A stretch of 64,000 nucleotides of DNA from Spirochaetota bacterium (GTDB taxonomy: Bacteria > Spirochaetota > UBA4802 > UBA5550), in the NCBI GenBank assembly GCA_963664815.2, contig CAXXHB010000002.1, forward strand, positions 416,001 to 480,000. The letters are read 5' to 3'. The notes beneath the pieces were generated by a model. It worked only from the letters and a program-made list of their open reading frames with translations. It searched no databases and was not told the DNA's origin. This document shows, piece after piece, positions 43,968-54,400 of this stretch. How positions within the stretch are numbered: the first letter of the stretch is position 1; every line of letters begins with the position of its first letter. A program made the translations under genes and the position numbers.

Positions 43968-44111
43968 TTAAGATCTTCCATCATCACAGGGCTCATCATT
44001 ATTGCTGTTTCTTGCCATTTCGGGATTATCGGCTGTTACACACTTATCCAGTTCAATAATCTCTTTTTTTAATTTATCAGATTTTATTGATTTTTCAAAT
44101 TTTTCTTCCAT
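43968..44111 (-). CDS. Small protein, 47 aa (MEEKF...KCVTADNPEMARNSNNDEPCDDGRS), absent from the ORF track
   Basis: AAGAGGT RBS, clean ORF, downstream terminator. Confidence 0.6.
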   Translation of the reverse strand: MEEKFEKSIKSDKLKKEIIELDKCVTADNPEMARNSNNDEPCDDGRS

Positions 44112-44379
44112 AAAAATACCTCTTTTATAATTGTTTCATATAATTACAGGTGTTCTTTCGAGCATCTGAAAATTGTATTTTTATTTTATACAATCATAGA
44201 TATAATATATAAGATTTTAATAAAATAGTCAAATGCTGAAGTAACAAAAGTCATTTTTTTATACTTTTTATGAAATAAAAAATTTTATTAATAGAAATTA
44301 AATGTTATTGCTCGGATTAATCTGCTTTTTAAACTGATGGAAAACTGAATAATTGTAATAAACTGAATTATTGTAATAA

Positions 44380-44655
44380 ATGGAAAAGAAAGCGGTATTT
44401 GATATCATTGCATCCCCCAAATCTTCACGAAGCGAAGTGAAGGTTGACTTATCAGGGAATATCAGGATTTACCTGAACTCCCCCCCAGTCGATGGAAAGG
44501 CAAACGCTGAATGTATTAATCTGCTCTCAAAAAAACTGAAAACATCTAAATCTAACATTGTAATAGAAAAAGGGGATCATGGAAAAAACAAGAGAATCTC
44601 AGTGTCAGGAATATCTTTAGAAGAAGTGATTATGAGAATTAAAGGTGAGAATTAG
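44380..44655 (+). CDS. DUF167 / YggU family protein
   Basis: SPPVDGKAN motif. Confidence 0.85.
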   Translation: MEKKAVFDIIASPKSSRSEVKVDLSGNIRIYLNSPPVDGKANAECINLLSKKLKTSKSNIVIEKGDHGKNKRISVSGISLEEVIMRIKGEN

Positions 44656-44657
44656 TA

Positions 44658-45524
44658 ATGAGTAAAATTAATAGAAAGATCGGATTTCACCTGTCGGCAG
44701 CCGGCGGAGTACACATGGCTGTTGAGAGAGCTGGAGAACTGGGAATAAATGCCCTGCAGGTATTTTTAAAGAATTCCAACAGATGGACATCTCCCCCTTT
44801 TTCTGAGAAAGACATACTCCTGTTCAGGGAGAAGTGGAAACTTTTTCCTGAACTGTCAGTTACAGCTCATACAGGGTATCTTATTAATCCTGCAGGAGAC
44901 GGGGAGAATCTTGAAAAATCAATGATACTCCTGAAAGACGAGTTAAATCGGGCAGATAAACTGGGTATCCGATACCTTGTTCTTCATCCCGGTAATCATA
45001 AAGACAAAGGTATAGATGAAGGGATTAAGTGTATTTCCAGAAATCTTGATGAAGTTTTTTCCGGAGATGAATCTTCTGTAGAGATACTTCTTGAAACTAC
45101 AGCGGGACAGGGATCTTCAGTCGGGCACAGGTTTGAACATATCAGGGATATAATGGCGGCCAGTAAATTTCAGCACAGGCTTGGTGTTTGTCTTGATACA
45201 TGTCATATATTCGCGGCAGGGTATGATATATCCACAAAAGAGGTTTATAGTAAAACAACAGATGAATTTGACAGAGTAATCGGTTTAAATAAATTGAAGC
45301 TGTTTCATCTCAATGATTCAAAAAAGGGGTGTGGTTCGCATGTTGACCGGCATGAACATATTGGTCTTGGTCTTATAGGCAGCGAGGGAATATCCTGTTT
45401 CATTAATGATGAAAGATTTGCCGGAATTGATTTTATAATGGAAACTCCGGATGATGAGGTAAGATCTGACAGTGATAATTTGAAGGTAATATTCTCCCTG
45501 CTCAAATCAGGAACAAAAAGATGA
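44658..45524 (+). CDS. nfo: Endonuclease IV
   Basis: GFHLS.AGG, HPG, LETTAGQG, CLDTCH, HLNDS, DRHEHIG, MET motifs. Confidence 0.93.
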   Translation: MSKINRKIGFHLSAAGGVHMAVERAGELGINALQVFLKNSNRWTSPPFSEKDILLFREKWKLFPELSVTAHTGYLINPAGDGENLEKSMILLKDELNRADKLGIRYLVLHPGNHKDKGIDEGIKCISRNLDEVFSGDESSVEILLETTAGQGSSVGHRFEHIRDIMAASKFQHRLGVCLDTCHIFAAGYDISTKEVYSKTTDEFDRVIGLNKLKLFHLNDSKKGCGSHVDRHEHIGLGLIGSEGISCFINDERFAGIDFIMETPDDEVRSDSDNLKVIFSLLKSGTKR

Positions 45525-46393
45525 GGAAACAGCTTTTAGCCGATCTTTCACTTCTTGTTGTTGTAACAGTATGGGGTTATACATTTGTTGCAATTAAAAA
45601 TGCACTTTCAGGAATAACTCCGTTTAATTTTATCGCGATAAGATTTATCATTGCTTTGATTATTCTTCTTGTTATTTTCCGGAAAAGGCTTTCAGGGCTT
45701 AACAGAGCAGTTGTCTTTCGCGGAGCTGTTGTTGGTGTTTTTCTTTTTTTTGCATATGCATTTCAGACGGTGGGATTAAAATACACCTCGGCTTCAAATG
45801 CAGGTTTTATAACTGGTTTCAGCGTTGTTCTTGTTCCTGTTTTTTCCGGGGTAATATTAAAAGCAAGACCTTCAATGGAAAGCGTTGCAGGGGTTACCTG
45901 CGCGGTTGTGGGACTGTTTTTTCTGTCTTATAACGGCGGTTACTCTTTAAACAAAGGGGATATTCTTGTTCTTTTTTGCGCTGTTGCGGTAGCCTTTCAT
46001 ATCCTGAGCGTCGGATATTACACAAAGAGAACGGATTCCATTCTTCTTACTATTGTACAGGTTGGAACAGTAACCATTCTTTCGGTAATTTTTGCACTTA
46101 TATTTGAGAAACCGGTTATGCCTCGCGGATCAGTTGTATGGCAGGCAATTTTAATTACCTCTGTTTTCGCAACCGTGGTGGCATACCTTGTGCAAAATAT
46201 AATGCAGCGCTTTACAAGTTCAACTCATACGGCTCTTATTTTTTCAGGAGAACCGGTTTTTGCAGGAATTTTCGGTTATTTTTTACTTGGAGAAAGATTA
46301 GGCGGATGGTCTGTTCTTGGATGTATTCTTATACTTGCCGGAATGGTAGTAAGTGAGCTGAGGATAACCGTCAAAGACGAAACTGATTCCTGA
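45521..46393 (+). CDS. DMT/EamA family transporter
   Basis: 10 TM helices with two EamA repeats (WG..F, EPVF). Confidence 0.9.
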   Translation: MRKQLLADLSLLVVVTVWGYTFVAIKNALSGITPFNFIAIRFIIALIILLVIFRKRLSGLNRAVVFRGAVVGVFLFFAYAFQTVGLKYTSASNAGFITGFSVVLVPVFSGVILKARPSMESVAGVTCAVVGLFFLSYNGGYSLNKGDILVLFCAVAVAFHILSVGYYTKRTDSILLTIVQVGTVTILSVIFALIFEKPVMPRGSVVWQAILITSVFATVVAYLVQNIMQRFTSSTHTALIFSGEPVFAGIFGYFLLGERLGGWSVLGCILILAGMVVSELRITVKDETDS

Positions 46394-46396
46394 GAA

Positions 46397-47725
46397 TTAT
46401 CTCTCTTTGAAATAATCTGAAATGAATCTTCCGGCTTCATCTGCGGGTAGAGGTTTGGCAAAGTAATATCCCTGGGCATAATCACATCCTAAGGATTTAA
46501 GAAGATCAATCTGGGAAATCTCCTCTGTACCCTCCGCTACCACTTTTAACCCGAGATTGTGGGCAAGCCCGATAATTGATTTTACAATTGTTTCACTCTG
46601 ATCGTCAATATGCATCCATTTTACAAAAGACTGGTCTATTTTAATAACATTTACCGGGAAATGCATGAGGTAGCTCAGTGAAGAGTAGCCTGTTCCGAAG
46701 TCGTCCATATACAGCGTGAATTTTTTAGCCCGCAACTCCAGAAGGGCAATGTTTGCCAGTTCAACATCTTCCATGAATGCACTTTCAGTTAATTCAAAGG
46801 CGAGATCCTGTTCATCTACACCAAGTTTATCTGTAATCTCAAAGATATGGCTTGTAAGATTGGGGTGAATGAACTGCTTTGCGGAAAGATTCACATTTAT
46901 TTTTAATGGAGAATCAAAAATAAATTCATCTTTCCATAACTGAATCTGCCTTCCAGCCTCTTCTATTATCCAGAGCCCCAGCGGAAAGATTATTGCTGAT
47001 TTTTCAGCAACGTGAATAAATGAATCGGGCGGAATCAAACCTTCTTCAGGATGAAGAAGTCTTATGAGCGCTTCGAATCCAGACAGCTTACCTGAATTAA
47101 GATCAATTACAGGCTGGTAGAATAATCTGAAATATCCGTTATCGTAAGCGTTCCATAATTTTTTTTCTATCAGCCTGTGGCTGTTTATTGTTTCTGAATG
47201 TATTATTTTATTTTTTTTGGTTTCCAGGTTGATCCTGTTTCTCAGATTATTTTTAACTATCCTGTTCTGAATTACAAGATTTGATATAAGTGAATTATCT
47301 TTTTCACTGAAGGATTTTTGCGGCGATATGAAGTCTGTTTCTTCGGCTGAATCTTCTGTAGAAAGGAATTTATCGATAAGGCTGATGAAACTTTTTTTGC
47401 TCATAGGGAATGTAATAATTTTTGCAATTTCATTTTTCAAAAGGAAATAATACAAATCCTCTTCACTGCGGTTTACAATGACAGATAATTGTTTTTGAAA
47501 GGATTTTGAAATTTCTTTTAGTTCAGTAATCTGATTTTCGTAATCCTTCATAGCAGCGGAGACAGCAGCGAACAGCATGTCGGGTTGAAAACTTTCAATA
47601 AAAGCTTCAGTATCATTTAAATCGCAGAATTCGGAAATCAGCTGAGTGTTGTCGAGATGTTTTTTTATCTCTGCTTCAATCTTTTCACTTATTCCGCAGA
47701 AAAGCAGTTTTTTGTCTTTATACAT
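46397..47725 (-). CDS. EAL-domain c-di-GMP phosphodiesterase with a degenerate receiver-like N-terminus
   Basis: YQP, EAL, ELTES, DDFGTGYSSL, KID, AEG, QGY motifs; no GGDEF. Confidence 0.9.
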   Translation of the reverse strand: MYKDKKLLFCGISEKIEAEIKKHLDNTQLISEFCDLNDTEAFIESFQPDMLFAAVSAAMKDYENQITELKEISKSFQKQLSVIVNRSEEDLYYFLLKNEIAKIITFPMSKKSFISLIDKFLSTEDSAEETDFISPQKSFSEKDNSLISNLVIQNRIVKNNLRNRINLETKKNKIIHSETINSHRLIEKKLWNAYDNGYFRLFYQPVIDLNSGKLSGFEALIRLLHPEEGLIPPDSFIHVAEKSAIIFPLGLWIIEEAGRQIQLWKDEFIFDSPLKINVNLSAKQFIHPNLTSHIFEITDKLGVDEQDLAFELTESAFMEDVELANIALLELRAKKFTLYMDDFGTGYSSLSYLMHFPVNVIKIDQSFVKWMHIDDQSETIVKSIIGLAHNLGLKVVAEGTEEISQIDLLKSLGCDYAQGYYFAKPLPADEAGRFISDYFKER

Positions 47726-48046
47726 ATCTACATTATAATTAAATATCTTTCTGATTTATACTACTTTTTGATTATAAATTTAATTTTTTATCAGTATAAA
47801 TTTTAAAAAAAGAGTTATGAAAAAGATTTTGTAAATTTTAAAACAGGAATTCCTGAAGTGGAATGTTCATTATTTTGACTTTGTCCGTCAATAATCTGGT
47901 GCTGATTATAATATATTAAAAAGAGCATGGGTGTGCTAAATAGAATACATTCATAAATAATAAGGATAAAAAAGAGTAATTCTTATTGACATTTTAAGAA
48001 TAAAAATATTAATATTTTTTAAATATATAAAGGAAACCATGCTTTT

Positions 48047-48412
48047 ATGAATAATTTTTTTAAAACATCAATCTGTGCAGTGTTAATAATGGGTATAATG
48101 ACAGCGGCAGTTGCAATGGACCCGAAGGTAAGTATAAAATTCACCTCTGAAGAGCTTGCCCTTTGTATAAATATTCTTAACACTATTGACCTCAGAGGCG
48201 ATGAGGTAATGCCGTTCATAGATATCAAGAATCTTCTTGTAGATGAATACAAGAGTGTAAGTTCAGATAAAAAAAAGTCGGTTGAAATTGATTTCCCCCT
48301 TCCAATGGCGAAAAATTTTCTTTTCTTTATGCAGAGGGCCAAGCTTAAAGGGGCTGAAGCGGAGATCTTTAACGACATATGCAATAAAATGATCAAGGCC
48401 ATAAAAAAGTAA
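48047..48412 (+). CDS. Hypothetical exported protein with an internal duplication
   Basis: Signal peptide (AVA); two similar ~45-aa halves. Confidence 0.65.
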   Translation: MNNFFKTSICAVLIMGIMTAAVAMDPKVSIKFTSEELALCINILNTIDLRGDEVMPFIDIKNLLVDEYKSVSSDKKKSVEIDFPLPMAKNFLFFMQRAKLKGAEAEIFNDICNKMIKAIKK

Positions 48413-48492
48413 CCAGGGAGTTATCTGATTTAAAAAAAATATAAAACCGGACATACATAAACAAACCGGTAAAGGGCACCTGTTGAAAAAAC

Positions 48493-51400
48493 ATGTTACC
48501 CGGGAAGATAAGTGTTATGAAAAGGTTAAAAGAGATCTTAAAGCAATTACTTGTACTTCTGCTGGCAGGTGAGATGTGTACCTTTGCACTGCCTCCATTA
48601 TACGCTGCGGATATAACTGTCGATACCTCGGCGGCGAACAAGCCCACTCTGGATACCGCACAGAACGGCGTAACAGTAGTAAACCTCGCAACAGCAAACT
48701 CAAACGGCGTTTCGCACAACATGTTTCAGAACTATAATGTAGGTACCGGCGGCGTAATACTCAACAACTCCGTAAATATGGGTGTGTCTGTTCTGGGGGG
48801 CGCCATGTATGGGAATCCCAATTACCAGAGCAGCGGCGTCGCCGCCTCTCTTGTAATAAACGAAGTGACGGGCACCGGAAGAAGCAGCCTGCTGGGAGCC
48901 ACGGAGATGTTTGGTAAATCTGCGGAATTTGTCCTTGTAAACCCCAACGGTATAATGTGCAACGGTGCCTCATTTATCAATATGCCCAGGGTAACCCTGG
49001 CCACAGGGAGGGCTGTCTTCGATTCCGATGTCTTTAAAGGCATAGATATAAGCGGCGGTTCACTGATAGTTGAGGGGAAGGGGATAGATGCCGGGCAGGT
49101 GAACTATTTTGAAATAGTATCAAGGGTAGCCTCCCTTAACGGCGGCATATGGGGAAAGGATGTAAGCATAAATACGGGAACCGGGTTTTATAACTATAAT
49201 GACAAAACATTTACACAGAAGGATACAGGCGAACCGAAACCTGAGATAGGGATTGACGCCTCCGCCCTTGGAAGCATATATGCAGGGCGAATTACAGTGG
49301 TAAGCAATGAGAAGGGCGTTGGCGTAAAATCGGACGGTGATATGGTTGCCGATGTATCGGATATAAAAATATCGGCTGACGGCAATATTGAACTGAAAAA
49401 TGCACAGTCTGCGAAAAATGTAACAGTAACCTCCATTTCAGGTGATATAAAACAGAACGGCAATACCTTTGCCATGGAGAATGCAGGCTATTCCGCTAAA
49501 AATATAACCAACAGGGGGAGCATAAAGGCCCTTAAGGATATATCGCTGGCAGGGTTAATTGACAATAACGGGGGGAAAATAGCCTCCTCGGGGAATATAG
49601 ATATAGCCGCAACAGGAACTCTCGACAATAACGGCGGGAGTATTACAACAGCTGGTGAAAACGGCACAATAAGCATACATGGTAACGGCAGCCTTGACAT
49701 ACTTGGCGGAGAGATAAAGTCTGCCGGTAATATCGGGATAGATATGACCGGAAACGTTACCCTGAACAGCGGAATATCTTCCATATATGCAGAGAAGCAC
49801 CTCGGCATATCCTCTGCTGACTTTACAAACAACATTAACCTCTCAATGAACGGAGCAATAGGGATAAACGCCTCCGGTAATATAGTCAACAGCAGCGGAA
49901 GCAGCATTGTTTCAAAACAGGGGGTGTCAATATCATCCGGCGGTAATATTGTCAACAGCGGCATTATAAGCAGCGCATCAGATATGGCTATAAATGGGAA
50001 AAATATAAGTAATTATAAAGAAATATCATCGGGAAATGATCTTGCTATACACGCAGATACAATTCTTAACAGCGGAGCCCTGATATTTTCAGGCAACAAG
50101 ATGACTATTGAGACAGGTTCCCTTAAAAATACCAGGAACGGCCTTAATGAGAGCTATATATATTCTATGGGAGATATGACAATTACAGGTACCGCTCCAA
50201 CAGGGAACAGTATATATAATTATTCCTCAAATATTGAATCTGAAAAAAACATGTCAATAAACCTTGGAGCAGACGGCAGGCTTGAAAATACGGGGGAGGA
50301 TACCTACGGGTATACCACAACACTTGTTCATGTAGGGGACTATGGGGATGAATGCTGGGCTGTAATGGATCAATATGTGCTCTCCCAGTCTCTGATGCAT
50401 ACTGATTACTCCACTATTAAGGCGGGTGGAAATCTGGACATTACATCCGGAGAGGTTAAAAACCATGGAAGCGTAATATCCGCAGGAGCTGATATTACAA
50501 TAAATGCAGCCACTCTTATAAATGAAACAAACAACAGGAATGAATATGTAGCGCAGCTTAATTATATGGGGCATAAACATCACTGGACAGAAACAATTTG
50601 CGGCTGGGGCTGGACAGAATATGATGAAGGGGATGATTATTCGGAAGTGTGGGAAGCCGGATACATTAATGTAGTATCCAATGATAAAGCCATTATAAGC
50701 GCCGGCGGAAAAGTTACTTTAACAGGCGGTGCGGTTAACAATGGATTTGTAGAGGAGAATAAGCCGGGAGTTGTACTATCCGGAAATACTGTTGATAAGG
50801 CATATGAAGCAATTGCAAATAATGGAGCCATTGATCTTTCTCAAAATATAAATATAAACAATGACGGAAACGCTCTTTTTACAGTAAACAGCGCTCCAGG
50901 TTCGACCTACCTTATAGAAACAAGAAATGAATTCATAGATGTAGAAAAGCTTAAGGGTTCACAGTATCTGCTGACCAGGATAGGATTTAACCCTGAAAAG
51001 GATGTGAAATTTCTTGGTGATGCGTTTTATGAGCAGAAGCTTGTTACGGAATCCATCCTTAAAGCCACTTCAAACAGGTACCTTGACGAGAGTATAAAGA
51101 GCGACCAGGAGCAGATGACATGGCTTCTTGACAACGCAGCCAGCGCCTACAGGGATCTTGAACTTGCAGTGGGAGTTGAACTGAGCAAAGACCAGATAAA
51201 CAGGCTGCAGCAGCCAATTATATGGTATGTGGAAGATGAGGTAATGGGCCAGAAAGTTCTTGTACCGAAGATATATATACCTGAACATATAATAGAGGGA
51301 TTTTCAAAGAACAGCAGTTCAACAATAGCGGGTAATTCGGTTAATATCAATGCTGATGGCAATGTAGGCAATGCCGGCAGGATTGAAGGGAAAAGCTCTG

Positions 51401-54400
51401 TGGAAATAACCGCGAATGGCAATATAACAAATAGCGGGGGAACAATAAAAAGCGGCGGTTCCCTTACCCTTACAGCAGTAAATGGAAATATTATAAATGA
51501 AACAGAAGTAAGCACTGCAGTATATAATCCGGACTATGTAAATACAACCGTTGGTGCAGCAGCATCCATAGAAGCAGGGGGAAAACTGACTGTAAACGCC
51601 GGGGGTAATTTTACAAACAGGGGGGCAGAAGTAAAATCGGGGGGTGACGCGGTAATTGAAGCCGGCGGGAATATAAATTTTGAGACGATTAAGATCAATA
51701 ATACTGTTTATAAGGAAGCTGACGATACAAGCGGAATATCAACTACCTCCGAATCTGCCGGTTCCACGCTTGCATCAGGGGGAAACCTTGTACTTACATC
51801 GGGAAGGGATATAAACTTTGTCGGGAGCAAAGCTGACATTACCGGTAATGCTGAAATAACTACAGCGGGTAATTTTAATCTTCTTAACGACTATGATACC
51901 AGTAGTTATCACGGCACAAAGAAAGAGAATAAAACCTTCAGCAGTGAAACCACAACAGTGGATATGAGTACAAAGACCGTTGTAAGCTCCGGTTTCACAA
52001 CAGGGGGAAACCTTAAGGTAAAGAGCGGAAACGACATAAATATAGTTGGAAGCGATATAAAATCGGGTGGAGATGCCGAACTTGACGCTGAAGGTACCGA
52101 AAGGATAATAGCAGTTCATGACGAATCATACTACAGCAGGACAACGGAAAAGACAGGTTTTGCCACAGGTGGGGCATTATACGGCTCCGAGAAGAAAAGC
52201 GACATGGTGTCGGACAAGACAGTCAGCGGCTCTGCCATTGACATAGCAGGGCAGTACGCATCAAAATCGGGGAAAGATACCGATATAACAGGGAGCACAC
52301 TTAATATAGGGGGCGAAGCCGATATAACCACCGGCGGCAGTTTAAATGTAAGGGCCGCATACAACGAACATGCGGAAGAGCATAAAACAGAGAAGAGCGG
52401 AGTATTGACAACAGACGGCGATCTGTACGCCAAATCGATAGACGCAGCCGGAAACGGAGCAACAACAGCCGCGGGATCTGCAATAACTGCCGGAAAACTT
52501 AAAGCATCCACAGGCGGCGATTTTCTGATGGAGGGGAGCGCCATAAACGCCGGCATTGCGGAATTTGACACAACCGGCAGTTTTACAGAAACAAGCGCAA
52601 AAGAGACAAGCTACGAATACAGCATCCATGAAAAGACCACAATGGGGATAAACATGGACCTGTTTACCAACCCCAAAAACGCCTTTGACTATGACCAGGG
52701 GAGAGCTTCTGTAACGCTTGCAGGGGGGAGCTACGACAGCGTAAAGGAGAGGACAGACAGGGAGACACAGAGCTCATCAAAACTTAATGTATCGGAAGAC
52801 CTTACGGTAAACAGCGGAAAGAATATAACAGTAGCGGGATCTGAGATAAATACCGGTGGAGATGTAACCCTTACGGCGGCAGAAAACGTAAGCATAAAGA
52901 CAACAGAAGAGAAGACAAGCCATACAGCAGAAGAGACTCACGGAAGCGTGGAATTTTCGTTTGGGGGCAAGAATGCCGCAACGGATGTGGCATACGCAAC
53001 AAAGGCTCTGGTAGAGGCAAAGGAAGCAGTTGTAAAGGCAAAGAATGATTATGAGAAATACAGGGAGAGCCTGAAGAAAGCGGAAGATGACCATAAAAAC
53101 AACCTTATAGACCAGGATGATCTGGATTCAATAAGAGAGCAGGAGGCCTTTTACATTGCGAATATAGCGCTCTGCGGGGAGAACGTGGTTGCAAAGACAG
53201 CGGCGCTGCTGCAAAGCGCAGCGGGGGCGGCGGGATCTGCAGAGGCATTCGGCTTCAGCGGAGATGCCCAGTTTGAAATAGACGCCACAAAAACAAAATC
53301 GACATCGGAAAGCACAACTGCAAAGGCATCGACAATAAAAACCGGAGGGAGCTTTACCGTAACAGCGGGGAGCAAAGCGGAGGTAAAGGGGAGCAGCGTG
53401 GCAGCCGGCGAGGATATAACCCTTGACGCAGAGAATGTGGAGATAAGCGCGGCGGAGAACAGAGAGAGCAGCAGCGAAGATAAGAAACATGCCAACATGA
53501 AGGTAAGTTTCGGAACATCGGGAGCAATTGGAGTTAATGCATCAGCAGACAGCACGGAGACAGATAGCGAAAGCAAAACATATACCAACGCACATTTAAG
53601 CGGAAACAACATAAAAATAAAGAGCAGCGAAGACACAACCGTAATCGGCGGAGTGGTAAAGGCGAAAAACGAGCTTGACCTTGATGTAAACGGCTCCCTT
53701 GTGGTACAATCACTGCAGGATAAGAGTAAAAACAGCTCGCAGACCATAGGCGCAAGCGGTGGAGTAAGTGTAACAGGCGAAAACGTATCGGGAAATGCCG
53801 GAGTAAACGCAAACTTCTCCACGGGGAAGAAAAGCTGGGTAACAGAACAGACATCCCTAACCGGCGGGACAGTAAACGTAGACGTTGAAGACAAGACAAC
53901 CCTAAGAGGGGCAGTAATAGCATCAACAACGAACAACCTGACACTTACAACCGGAAGCCTCGAGTTCAGCAACATAAAGGACAAGGACGTATCTTTCAAT
54001 GCAGGTGGAAGCGCAGGCGGCAGCTTCAAACCAACAGAAAATACGTACAGTTCAAGTTTAAACTACGGCTACACAGACAACAGACAGACAAACCTGGCCA
54101 CAATAGGAGCAGGAACAATAACAATAACCAAACCGGAAACATCGGCAGAGGGACTTAACAGAGATGTAACAATATCACAATACAATACATACAGCGGAGG
54201 ACTGAAAGGCGGAGTTACGGTAGATACCGCAACAGTAGAACTGATAAAAGACAGGGAAAAGACCTTATATAATACAGTAGATGCATTGGAAAGTGGATTA
54301 ACTGAAGCAGAGAAAACAGCGAAAAAGGTAGATAAGGAAATTGAAACAACAATTGAGAAGACTGAGAACCTGATTGATGTCGGGGAGTTTGGGCTTAATA

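Noticed and set aside
53151-54029. 292-aa minus-strand ORF and other antisense ORFs inside the toxin gene
   Set aside because: Antisense shadows of the compositionally skewed haemagglutinin repeats; no RBS or domain features
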